A stretch of DNA of 63,236 nt, the filler included, from Sphacelaria rigidula (lineage: Eukaryota), in assembly GCA_964200075.2 (NCBI GenBank). It is 10 parts of 10 records of this genome, joined end to end, with 100 filler letters (N's around TTAATTAATTAA, not from the genome) between each part and the next. Parts side by side here need not be neighbours in the genome. Positions count along the whole stretch, not along the records: positions 38,005 to 44,237 come from CAXNAA020021344.1; positions 44,338 to 50,570 come from CAXNAA020021345.1; positions 50,671 to 56,903 come from CAXNAA020021346.1; 7 more parts are not named here. The stretch is one strand, 5' to 3'. Positions 39,076-51,259 of this stretch are shown here, in pieces. The position numbers and the translations under genes are program-made. The notes under the pieces are model-generated. The model was not told the DNA's origin and did no database searches. It saw only the letters and a program-made list of their open reading frames with translations. Each line of letters begins with the position of its first letter. Within the stretch, counting starts at the first letter, position 1.

Positions 39076-40810
39076 AGGAGGTGGAAAAAATAAAAATAAA
39101 AAACGAAAAGGGACAAATGTAGACAAAGAAAAGGAGGAGAATACTACGAAGGAAGGAAAAACACAACGGCTCAGCAAAAAGAAGTAGCAAAAGTAGGGGA
39201 AAGAGCCCATCTTCGGTATATCATGTCTATATCCATATTGTGTGTTTCTGAGGGGGAAACATGGGGTTGTTTAATTGTTTTTAATGTTGTCTCCGTCGGT
39301 CCGCGGTATATGTACGGTGACAGTCTGTACATTTATCTAGGTTTTGGTGGCTCGTTTTACAGCGCCGTTGCCACTCGACGCCAACCTAAGAGTCTAGAGG
39401 TGAGGGGTTCGGGAGGGGGGGGGGGGGGCTCCGTGTCCGAAAACTTTCTCTCGACAGACCCTTGGTTAGCCCTCCAAGTTCCGATGTCATATGCGCCCAA
39501 TCGAGCTACTGGAGGCAGGACCCATTCGTCCACTCATCACTCGCATTCCAAGAAAAGAAAACATCTGTATTCAATACTACGTATAATTGAGTGACGTACG
39601 GACTGACCCGTCATCGGGGGTCCTGCCACCTTTTATCCCAGATTCTGACTCTTCGGTATTTTCTATTTTCGGTCGGTCGAGCCTGTGCCGATCGTATATT
39701 ATGTATTTGTGAAGAAACACAGGTGGCACATTGCTGTCGCGGCAAGGCTGCACATCGTAGAGGGTCTGTAGAGGGTCGCCACAGGGGGTTCTGGACCTTG
39801 TGGAGGGTGTGTAGAGGGTTGCCGCAGGGGGTTCTGGACCTTTAGAGGGTCGCCAGAGGGTCTATAAATGCGGAAGGTGTTCCGAGGGTGTTGGATAGTG
39901 TCCACCTGTGAATGAAAAGGCTTGCGTTTTTCAGTTTTTACCTACTGTAATCATTGCACCGGAGCCGGAAAACTGTGTGTTTCACGGTTAACCTCATGAT
40001 AAAAGGGGTATCTACTCGTATCGCCCGATGACATCGCCTAGCACTAGCTTGGGTACTGTGCTTTGAGGACGATTTGTGTATTGTACCAAAATCTACCGAC
40101 GCTAGCACTTTCGAGTTCTATCGAAGACTAGTTCGCGAGAAAAAAACCCAAACCAACGAGCGCTTTTAAACTTGGGGTACTATACCATCGTAGGAGCTGG
40201 GCCAGCTTACAGCGAGTCTTGAATGAATCCTGGCGATGCGATTGGTAATTCGGAGAGTTGGGCGCTGAAACTTTGACATGATATTTTGAGCAACCAGCGC
40301 AACATTACTGGGGGTGCAGAGGACAAAAAAACAACGGGAAGTTCAAACGAGTTGAGTTTTCAGTAAAAACAGGAAACAGGATATAACTCCGTGAAAAATT
40401 GATGAGTACGGCTGCATCCCAAACAATGTTGTCGGCACTCCCGTCCAGGACATCCTGGTAAAGTTTCGGCTAAAAATACCTCAAATTGGGCGCCGCATCG
40501 CACTTTTCGTGTGACACGGGCACGCCGCTTTGATCCAAATGATACAGGAGACTCCAGTTAGGGAGGTCATGTGTTTGAATCCCGTCAGATTCTCCTTTTT
40601 TTCGTTCCGTCGTTAAGGTGATATGTTATGCAGTACATTTTTCATCTTTTTTCTTCATTCAACGGGCGGTGCCGTGTGTTACCAGGTTGGTCTGCATTTC
40701 ACGGCGGTATGCTCAAGTCGCGCTGATTTGGGAAACTGAAGAAGTTGTGGTGTGGAAAGCGAATGCGGGATTTACTGCTGGCCCAGCTCGTAGTCGTGTC
40801 CGCGGATAAC

Positions 40811-41106
40811 AAGGTTTTCGTGAGATTGAAAGTAGAGGATACGATTTAGAGTGGAAAGCGGTCAATTAGTGGATGAGCCGTTTCAGTTCCGAAGTGCCCC
40901 TCCACGAGGCCCGATATTCATCCTGTATTAACTTGCCACTGAGGTTCTTGATATCACTGAGTAGGATATCGACGGGTAGCTGCAAGCACACGGCAGTGAT
41001 GGGGGCAAAAAAAAGCACACACGGAATGAAAAAAATGGCTAAGTTAATGCGAATGATCAAACCCACTCTCAATCCGCGCTTTACTCTCAATCTTACGAAA
41101 ACGTCG
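40811..41106. mobile_element. ~290-bp MITE; partial relatives at 22930-23280, 50510-50570 and 57396-57545
   Basis: TIR gttttcgtgagattgaaagtagag / ctttactctcaatcttacgaaaac; shared internal motif gatatcgacg...aagcacac...aaaagcacaca. Confidence 0.75.
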
Positions 41107-41386
41107 TTGGATGCGATTGCACGATCAATCATTCGACATCACAAGTGCCGCTGATTTTGGGGCTGCGAATCGATTATACAAACGGGCGAACGATGCAGCG
41201 CAATTATACAATCGTTCGAAACCGCTGACAGGTCCAGTGCCCTCCTTTTTTCGACACGTTCAGCGATCGTACAATGGGGGCGATACATGTAGTAGTGATA
41301 ACGGCACAATCACTCGGCGCGGGTTCCAGGCATTTCAGAACCCTCCGTTTTTTTTACGACCTAGTACGAATCGTACAAAAAACAGG

Positions 41387-41776
41387 CTGGATCCGTTTTA
41401 GAGGTTCAATTGCTCTCCCTGACCTCAAGTCATCGTCACTGAATTTCATATGGACGACCTCATACTACCCGACCTCCTTGAAACTATTTTAAGGGGTTGC
41501 CCGTCTTCCGTGCCCCCAAAGCGTATGTGCGGAAGCACCTTATTTCTTTTTGCCTCGATATCGGGGCGAAAAAGTGGACGTTTTTAGCCCGAAATTGGTG
41601 CTTTCCCACAAACGCTCTGGGGGCACGGAAGATGGGCAACCCCAAAAATAGTCTCATGGAGGTCGGGGGGCTTGAGGTCGTACATATGAAATTCATTGAC
41701 CATGACTTCAAGTAAGGGAATACACTATTTTCGGGTCGAACCTCACCCAAATGTTGAACCTCAAAAACGGATCCAG
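41387..41776. mobile_element. ~390-bp nearly fully palindromic (foldback) element
   Basis: ctggatccgttttagaggttcaa...ttgcccgtcttccgtgccccca is mirrored by tgggggcacggaagatgggcaa...ttgaacctcaaaaacggatccag. Confidence 0.85.
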
Positions 41777-41843
41777 GTTGTTAAAGATCGGCCGCAATTT
41801 GTACCGCTCGTGCAATCCCTCAAATCTCACACGTCAAGCTATA

Positions 41844-42436
41844 CTTCGTCTGTCCCATAAGTCTGAGAAGTTATGGGCGTTGGATCGTATGGATATGCCA
41901 ACGTTGCCGATCATCTCATATTTGGGTTCGTTCGGAAGATAAGGCGCAAACGAAGCTGATGAGGAAAAAAAAATGTCATCAATTCCAAACTGATGTCAAA
42001 ATATGCCCATCTTGGCCCTTTTTTATCCATTTATACCCCATCATTGACCGATTTTGGACGTTGTCACGTCGAGCCCTAGCAATCACATGCTAACGAAACG
42101 TTGGATGGGGCGTGCGTAGGTTAACATCACGGACATGTGCAAAATCAATGGTGGTTTCGCGGTTTTCACATTTTCTGTGCCGTTTTTCGCGACTTTTCGT
42201 GTTCCAGGGTCTCATGCTTTCCTGGGAAAACGAACGAAAAACGGCCGTTTTTGGACCGACCTACTTTCTCTCGGCCGTGTGGCTGCATGAAGGGATCAAG
42301 CACCCACGTTGTAGGAAGAACATTGGTTTTGGCTCAGAAAAACGCCGATGAATGCAATAAATAGCTCGAAAGTCAAGTCGGGGACGGTCAAGGGGCCGCA
42401 GAATCATAACTTCCCAGACTTATGGGACAGAGGAAG
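41844..42436. mobile_element. Stowaway/Tc1-mariner-like MITE, TA TSD
   Basis: TA|CTTCGTCTGTCCCATAAGTCTG...CAGACTTATGGGACAGAGGAAG|TA. Confidence 0.8.
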
Positions 42437-43016
42437 TATGTACCCTGATGTTGGTACCATCGAGTGACGACATCACATCGGCGGATAAAGTAGGGATACA
42501 CATAGAGCTCTAAGCCTTTTTGCCGATTATCGGGGGGGGGGGGTCCCACATTCCTGGAGAGTCACATTCTCTTCTTCGACCACCTCAGAAAATAGGAGAA
42601 GGAATGAAAATACGCACCCATTGAATGTTTCCGCAACGACACGTAATACACTTATTTGGGCGATTTTCTCGCTCAACTCCCAGAGTCGGCGTGAACCTTT
42701 GCCGATGATGTGCGAGCTTGAAACGTACAAACTCCCCCCCCACTCCTTGATTTTAGTGTTGAAACAACTTCTCCGGGTAAGTTTTACGTGACAACCTCCT
42801 CATTGCATCAGCTGTCCGAGCTACGAAACGAATCTATTGCGTGTACAGTATAAGTTCCCTGGACTACCCCGAGACGGCCCGGGACGGGCACATTTTCTCC
42901 TTTGTTTGAGCCACCCTGTGCCGGCTTCTATAGATCTTCACGCCCGTCTCCCCGGAAGTCGGTAAGGAGTGAAGACGTGTTTTCTTCAGTTTCCCCCCCC
43001 CCCCCCACTTGTAGCA

Positions 43017-43101
43017 TGCTCCGTCTCGAAAGGGATGCGTGGTCAATGGTCAAACGACTAAGGCAAGCAACAAATGAGTACGCCCCCCCACCCCCCCCCC
43101 A
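43017..43101 (+). mobile_element. Poly(C)-tailed short retroposon, subfamily A, with 12-bp TSD
   Basis: A 66-nt body TGCTCCGTCTCGAAAGGGATGCGTGGTCAATGGTCAAACGACTAAGGCAAGCAACAAATGAGTACG plus a C-tail. CCACTTGTAGCA occurs at 43005-43016 and 43102-43113. Confidence 0.88.
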
Positions 43102-43494
43102 CCACTTGTAGCACCAATACCTGCCGAACTGTCAAGTTTAGGGGCGATCTGAGCTTTTCTACGACCGACGAGAGGGAAGCCGTCAGGAGGCTTTCTTGAT
43201 CTTTCCTTGTGGTATATCAATGAAGTTCTGATGACACCTAAAGCCCCAGATTACCGAAATACCGTGGTTTGGGGTATTATTCGACTCCAAGGGTGTTAGG
43301 GTTTTCAAATACATCCTCCCCATTAGAGTCCCGAGTTGATTGCGGTTACTACTATGTACACCCTGGACAGCACAATATGTTTTCGATATATATATATATA
43401 TTAGTCGATCCTATTGGAAATTTGCGATATATTGCCGGTGTAATATATATTGGTAACCCTGGACTGCACACGTATTGCACGCCCAATATATATA

Positions 43495-44085
43495 CTTCCT
43501 CTGTCCCATAAGTGTGGTCGGTTATGGACGTTTTTTTGTTTGGGTGGAACGGTGTTGACGATTACCCAGGAGTTGGGTTCTATAGAAAGATGAAACGCAG
43601 ACGCAGCGGATAAAAAAAAAGTTCGTTTTCAATATTAAAATTAGGTCAGGATATACCCCATTTCGACCATTTTTCGAGAATTTTTATGACCAAACACTCC
43701 GAAAGGTGGGCGATAACGACTTTAGTGTGGAGCATACCGGCGTGAGGGTACGGCAGAGGGCGGGGAGGTTGGAAAGGGTGGTCGAACACGATGCGGATAC
43801 CTTGAAAAGGGATTGGGACTTCCTGGCTGAGGCCGAAGACGGTTAATATAACCTGTTCTTTTTCTTACACTTTTTTGCCCCTGGGAAAGGGGCGAAATAC
43901 GGCCATTTTTTGGCCGCCTGATTTTTTTGCGGCTGTTCGGCCGCATGGTTCAACAGCGTGCTGCAAAAAACAAATGTTCTACCTAAAACAACGGCGAAGA
44001 GATCGAAAAAAAAATCGAATATCGGATCGGACAACGTCAAGGGCTCGTATAAATATAACCGACCAGACTTATGGGACAGAGGAAG
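43495..44085. mobile_element. Stowaway/Tc1-mariner-like MITE, TA TSD
   Basis: TA|CTTCCTCTGTCCCATAAGTGTGGTCGGTTAT...ATAACCGACCAGACTTATGGGACAGAGGAAG|TA. Confidence 0.85.
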
Positions 44086-46308
44086 TATTGGTCCCGTGGG
44101 ATTGCACACATATTGCCCTATCAAAATATATTGGGGCAGTGTGGGTGGCGACATATTGCACGACCAATATATATATATATATATACTCCGAGTATATATT
44201 AGGGCCGCATTGGTGAGAACAAATTGACTCATCAATANNNNNNNNNNNNNNNNNNNNNNNNNNNNNNNNNNNNNNNNNNNNTTAATTAATTAANNNNNNN
44301 NNNNNNNNNNNNNNNNNNNNNNNNNNNNNNNNNNNNNATTCCCAGCGTCTCATCGTGCTCTGCTTTTCCCACTTTTATGTACGTGAAGATTTTGCCTCCC
44401 AAAACCATGCACTTTTGGGGGCGGGGCTATCGTAGAAAATGTCATATTCATCTGTTTAATATTCAATGGGGGTGCCCCGCCCCCTTCCTCGCGGAGCACG
44501 CCATTAACAAACGATGGTTCAGACCCTATGTCATCGCCACGCTGTTATTCTCAGGCAGAAACACGTCGCCTCTATTACCCCCAATGAGTTACTTCGTCCC
44601 TGTGTCGCGAATGTCTGGGTTATGGCGGATACCAAACACGGTGACTGCCCATATGTGTAAGCAGCTGAGCTGCAAAGACGGATCGGCAGCACATGGGTGA
44701 TGGTGATCGCGGCCTCGATCGCGCAATGATGTCTGCCTTCCTCATTGCTCCGTGTTTGTCGCAGCTCTGGGATCATGGACACGCGCCGCGGGGATACCAC
44801 GGCGATAGACCACCTCTCTGACGAAGAACAACCACTCACACCAGGGACACCGGTAAGACTTACCCAATTCGTCTCATCCCATGAAAGCCTAACAGTTCAC
44901 AGTCTCTGCTTTGTACCATCCTCTCCGCCTTGCGGCGGATACTCGTCGATGATCCTCTTCACCACTGTAGAAGCCCGCGTGTGCCTCATTCAACATGACA
45001 GGCGCTGGCAACTTCCGCGGCCGATCGGGTAGATGTTTTGTAATACCGTCAACGATGACCTGAGCCCATGATTGTGTATGTGTCTGTCGTTATTTCGTTG
45101 TCATTGCTGTTGTTGTTTGTTGTGGTTGGTGGTGGTGTTGTTTTTCGTTGTATCGCTGCCCCCTAAATTTCCTTTCTGAGGCCGTGGTTTCTGTCCTTTT
45201 CCGTTCCTTTCTTTCTTTTTCTTTTTTCATATGATGTTATATTCTTGCTGCTGCTGCCCACGGGCTGGGTTGTTGCAATCAGCTAATGTGAGATAATCAG
45301 TCAATCAACTAATGTTGCCCGTGCAAGCGGTGTTCAGAGAGGAAGGGCCACATAAAGAATGGCCGCAATGCATCGTGCGCCGCACGCTCCATTATCTCGC
45401 CGCCATCGCCGTGACCGATCCCCCTCGATTATTTCATCGCCGCCGTCACCAACACCGAAAGCAGGTGGCGCTCGGAAACGTCGCAGACATCCGACTGGCG
45501 GCAGCGGGATATTCTGCAGACGACGCGGCCGAAGGCGCAGGTACACATCGTGCATGCTTACACTGTTATGGAGTCACTCCTTCCTCAGGAATATTGGTGG
45601 CGTATCTGCCCGACGCCGCGTGTATATTTGTTGACCCAATAATTCGAATGCCACGCATATCAAGGGTACCTGGACGCGCATCGTCGCATGATGTCTGCCC
45701 GCGCTGTCTCTCTTACCCCCCCCCCCGTCCAGATGTACCAAGGGCCGGTGCTTCCCGTTTCCACAGCATGGGGGAAAGCCCGACAGAAGTCTGTGCGCAC
45801 CTTATGGACGCCGATTTCACGCCGCAAGAGTGTGGGACTCCGCCGGCGCATGCAGGAAAGAGATCGTCCGAACGTGAGGGATCCGGCGGGCATCGTCTGG
45901 GGTCTCGGGGGCGCAAATGCAGGCAGAAGAGGATGAGGCGCGATGGCGCTGGAGTCACGGGGCTGTCCACCGCACTGCAGGAGCGGCTGCTCCAGATCTC
46001 CAATTGCAGCGGGGCCTCGGCTACCGATCGTGTGGATGCAGGCGATGCCGCTTCACCTTCCAAACGTGGCGATCTGGGCCATTCGACTTCACTGTCGAAG
46101 TCCGCGCCAGCAAGCTTGGGACGGCGGCCGGCCATACTGCACGCCGAGGTCAATGGCGTCTGCACGCGGCGGTCGCGGCGGCGGGAGGGTGGTGGGCATC
46201 ACGCAGAACACGGCAGCTTGCCGCCCGGTATAAGGCAGCAGTGTCCGCCGCTGCGCCGTAGAAGGGCGACGTCAGCGCCGGTAAATCGTCGCAGGACGCC
46301 AGCGTATT

Positions 46309-49300
46309 GTGGCAAGTGTGAATGCGGGTTGGCCGGTAGCTGGAGTGCCGGGTTGTGTACATGGTGTGGGAATCATCACGGGCCGCATGACAGATTGTGT
46401 GCTGCCTGCCATCGCCCCGCCACAGTATCGCCAACTCGCGCCGCATAGAGTCGCTCACGCCTTGGAGTGGTGGAAGGCAACGAAGGAACACCTGTCGAGA
46501 ACTGCGATTATCGGGGCTTACGAGCCGACGTCGGACTGCATGAGCACGGAGACGGACTGTTTCTATAACCTATTCGATGGTTTCGAATCAAGAGCTCATA
46601 CCGACCGAAACAGGTGCGATGTGTGTGGACGACAACAGTTTAAGAAGAGGAAGTCCGAGGTCCGTTTGCGCCCAGTCGGTACTGCGTGTGCTGCGATGAC
46701 GCAGTATTTCACCGTCGGCGGTGGAACCCCGAGGGCTGGTTGCCTTCGCTCCGAGGGAGGCAACGGGCTCCGGGAGAGCAGCACCGTGTGTAACGCATGC
46801 TACTGTGCGTACCGCGACGCCTGCAGGCAGCCAGACGTGCCAGGACTGGCAGAGTCTTCCGTCGACTTGGAAGAACGGGTACCGGGGGGAAACCAGGACG
46901 AGTGTGGTATCACTCAGCGTGTGCAGGCGGTGCTGCGATCGGGATCTCTTGCGCGAGGGGCAGAAGTGGAGGCATGGCTGCTCGGGTACTGGCGGAAGCA
47001 ACAGCGGCGTGATGTCATCTCGACTACGTGCGGACATTAGTCCAAAAATTGATGAGCGACATCGGTGACCGCTTGAAGGACAGCACCGCCGTCACGCTTC
47101 GGGGCGACGGTGCCTCGGAGGCTGATGGTCGCCAGGCTTTCAGATACCTAATCCCCCACACCTTCCCGGCGGAGGAGATAGCGAAGCTCGACCTCACGGC
47201 CAGGATGAGGGAGAAACCAATTGCCAATGTCAGGCGGGAATTAGCCGCGATACGTGGGGGAGATGGTGATGGGGGGGGCAGCAGTACAGTCCACATCTTC
47301 CATCGACACTGCGGCTCTTTCTCCCCAGCGATGCGAAGACGTGGTGGAAAAAGGGGGGTTGATCGTGCGTGAGGACTTGGTATCGACTCCGATCCTTAAG
47401 AATGTGACGCGAGAGAGCACCCGTCGAGACGATATCAAGGGGGACCTGGCCCGCGTGCGTGAATATGTAGGGGGGTTGCCTGCCACGCTGCGTCTCTTCC
47501 TCCGGGGTGCATTGCGTTCCCACACGGGATTCGACAATGGCGATGAAGACGCTCCGATTCCGAGCGCGTGAGGGCAGCGCGAAAGCGTGGCGAGTCCCCA
47601 CGGTGATGCGGGGGGATGCAATGATATGAAGAAAAACGATATTCTCCTGTATTTCTTTGCGACCATGTTGATCAAAGCTGTGCTGCAACCAGCATACAGG
47701 ACTCCCCACGAGCTCATGCTCGCTCAGGCCCTGAAATCGTTTGGTGCTACGAAGAGAGTGAACGATTTCCTGGCGGTTCTTGGTCTTTGTTTGACGGACA
47801 GCCAACGTAGCAAGCGAGAAGAGATTGTTGTCCACGAGGGGCGGGATCACGACGTCATCCCCCTAGCGCAGGGGACACCGGCTGTGGCCATCGACAACTG
47901 CGACATGAAGGCGGCGATGAACCTCATCAAGACGGATTACGTCTCTTGCATCGCTGCAACATGCGTGGTGCCTGAGGATGACGAATCATCTCAAAGGAAT
48001 CTGGAACTGCCTCCGCACTCGGAGTGGACGCCGCTCTCGAAGTTAACAATGGAGGAGGTCAGGGACGGGCTGCCCCGTGACGATACTCGCCGGGTTTTCG
48101 ATACATACGTGACGGACCTCTTCGTCAGCGCATGCAGGAGCGCGGATCTGTTCCGAGAGGGGAAGGAAACATGCGTGGAGGCACAGCTCCAGCAGGTATG
48201 CTGACTCCCGCGCGCGTGTGGTGACAAAAACATTGTTGGGTTCGGCGGCTTAATGTAGGGGGTTATTGACAGCGTGGCTAGAACAAAATACGATGGCGTC
48301 CATTTGATGAAAGATCGATGCCATTTCTCTGCTCGTGTGGGGGGCGGGTAAAGTATATGAGTAGGAACGAGGGTACGGCTGAGGGGTACAAGTAGAGCGG
48401 TAACACGCGCAATGTATGCATGCATTCTCTGTCCCTCACGTCGAGGCCCTGGTAGGGGGCACATGATATCTCGCCCATGGGAATCCTACGATCCCAAAGT
48501 GGGGTTTGCGGAAAAGCTGGTGATGTGGTGCTGCTTTTTGAAACGAAACAAAGAAAGAGGCGGGCCTACCGAGAGCCAGTGGATCGGGCTCGAGAAAGTA
48601 TGGCGGGTTTTCCAGATTATGTCCGCGCGGACGGGTGATTACGACTGCGTTGGGAAGCAAACGTGCATGTTGGTGCGTGAAAATGTATACATATACGTGT
48701 TCCAATTAAGAAAACTCCGAATAATGAATAAAAAACTCGCCTGCGGTGTCGGACACCGTTCAGGGTCTGTGTAATCATCAGGATCTTCACCTATGGCATA
48801 GAGGAAATATGTATATAGAAATGCATAGCGCATGTGCAAATGTCTCGGTGCACATGCTTTTGAATGTTACTGCTAGGCTCGGCCGGAAATAACGGCCTGG
48901 TCGAATTCTCCACTTTCCAATCGCGGACCCGCCGGTACACACCCCCGATGCAATCTTGCGCAGGTACTCATATCTGAGAAGTGCGTGCCACAGAAGACTG
49001 TGCACATGTTCATCCAGGAGGGCCCACAAAAGACTACAACGCCATGGAAGGCGCTCTTCGTCGGATCTGCGAGATGTTGCGCCTGGGCGACAGCGATGGA
49101 CGACCGAGGGCCATCCTCGCCAGGGACGACGAGACCTTCAGTTGGGTCCGCAAATATTCGCGCATGTACCCCGAGTTCGCGGAGAAACTCCTCCTGTGGC
49201 CCGGGGATTTCCACATTATGTTCCATCTTGCCAAGGCTATGCTGAAACGTATTTGGGGCGCCGGCCTGGAGTTCGTTGCGAAAGAGCTCGGCAGCGATGA

Positions 49301-50419
49301 CGCCAACGCCGTAGAAGGCACAAGTTATCGACGTGCCCACCACCAGATCACGGTGCTGTACGAGTCCTTCATGATCGTGATCACGGGGATCATGCGAGAC
49401 GAGATGGGGTCTGCTTTCAAGGAAGGCACAGATGGCACCGACCAGGTGCGGCAGTGGATCGACCGCCGATCGCGCGATCACAAGCCTTTCAGGTTTTGGT
49501 CGCGATTCCTTCTAGTCGACTACCCCGCGTACTCAGGGGCGAGGATGGGCGTGCGCACCGGGAATCTGAAGCTCCGCAACGCCTGCCTCCGCGTCGCAGC
49601 GCCCATTTTCTGCGAGTCCGGTAAGGATCACTACCAGACATCCATTGCCGGGCATCTCGGGAATGCAACACGGATGACGGACGCGGACTACGAGGTCATG
49701 TGATAACAATTTTCAACATCGCTGGGCGGTGATGCTTTCTTTCGCGTGGCGTTGGACGAGCGACAAGAGATTGCCGATCGGGGCTACAAGAGGGCGACGA
49801 AGAAAATCACCAGGAGCTTCGTCTCAAAGCTAGCCGCTATTGTTGGCGCACGAGAGAGAGAGCCACAGCGAAAATCGCGGAAGCTTTCTTCCCCGGAGTG
49901 AAGCAGGGCGACACTGCGGTTGAATTGCAAAAAAACAGGCACCCGGCCGTGCGTCAAGCGATGCGAGTCCTACCGCACTCGCTAGCGTTTGGTGTCGACG
50001 GCCGGGAGCACCTGGTGGCGCTAGACGGTCGCGTGATGACGGAAAAGGAAGAGGTGGAGATCCTGGACGTGCCTCGCCGTTGCGACGAAATGTGGGCAGG
50101 TGTGATCAAGGGTGTAGTATTGGGGGATAAAACAGCGGACGGCACGTCTAGGACAAAACTCAAGTGCATCCCCCCCACGCGCACAAGCAAGAAGCCCACG
50201 AAGCAGGAAGGGAGATCATCGGCGTTGGAGAAGATTGTCAGCAGCGTCAGCGCCCAAGCATTAGAACAGCACAAGATCCTCCTGTCGCTGATTAGTCATG
50301 GTCACCTCGTCACGCCGCAGGAGCTCTTCAGAGCTGTTCTTCAGATCGGGACAGTGGTGCCTCAGGCCATGGCCATCGAAGCCGGAGGTGAGCCGAGTGT
50401 ACACACGACATCGAAATGA
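46309..50419 (+). pseudogene. Decayed large DDE-transposase-like gene (DUF6589-like; RAG1/Transib/Chapaev-like motif layout) with an intron at 48196-48876
   Basis: Collinear ORF pieces broken by frameshifts and stops: CDVCG...VCNACY Zn module; AIDNCD (47893); ILARDDETF (49125); LWPGDFHIMFHL...WGAGL; SYRRAHH; FWSRFL...RTGNLKL...GKDHY; then, after TGA-TAA at 49701, ALDERQEIADRGYK (E at 49767). Confidence 0.65.
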
Positions 50420-51259
50420 AGAAAGTCGTTGGTATCACGGCAAATGAAGAGCGAACAGACCATTACATTGTGTCATGTTGCACGGTGCATTGACGCTTAA
50501 GCCAGACAAAACAGTGTTTTCGTGAGATTGAGAGTAGATGATACGATTAAGAGTGAAAAGCGGTCAATCANNNNNNNNNNNNNNNNNNNNNNNNNNNNNN
50601 NNNNNNNNNNNNNNTTAATTAATTAANNNNNNNNNNNNNNNNNNNNNNNNNNNNNNNNNNNNNNNNNNNNAAGGAATAACTGCATCTCTTGATCCACTCC
50701 GATTGTTGGCCATGCCCGCTCCTTGTCCAGGGCAGAAGAGCAGGTGAAAAAATAATTACAGAAATAATCGAAAAAGAAGGCGTTGCTCTTGCGCCGCCGA
50801 CAAAGAGCAGGACACCATCGCCCAAGTACTCGCTTTGCGTCACGTGCGAGTTGATAGTCGCAGTCGATCGTGTGGACACCATCCTTCCGTGTGACGTCCA
50901 CACATTATTGATGGTAGATGGCACGTACCGCACACAAGGCACACAGATGCACACCCATGTTGGCTGCCACACACCATGCCGTGCGTCCACGGAAGCGGTA
51001 CGGCAGCGATTAGACTGCTGTGTTCTTGTAGGAAGACACGAAGGCCGCGGGCAAGGACCTTGTGGTCGGGCACGGGTTCCCCGGTGCCGTCGTCGGCGAC
51101 ACGCGTACGGGTAGCCATGCCAACTTTCAAAACTACTTGGCACCCGAGGACAAGCGAAACCGCGTTCCCTCACTGAACTGTTTCGGGCGAATTGTCGAAA
51201 CCCCCCAAATAGGTTCAACCCCATTTTATTGTTGAACCCCAAAAAATAAAATCGGCTGT

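Noticed and set aside
43017..43082. tRNA or hammerhead identity of the short retroposon
   Set aside because: TGGTCAATGG is only A-box-like. There is no B-box (GTTCGA), cloverleaf or CUGANGA core.
45312..46448. 378-aa ORF as a standalone gene
   Set aside because: It is GC-rich and R/G/P-biased with no domain; more likely the decayed 5' part of the downstream transposase-like locus.
50671..51114. ORF remnant (EIIEKEGV...LMVDG) that might continue the transposase-like gene, linking it to the EsV-1-7 array
   Set aside because: It lies across an artificial spacer on a different contig, and the similarity is only impressionistic.
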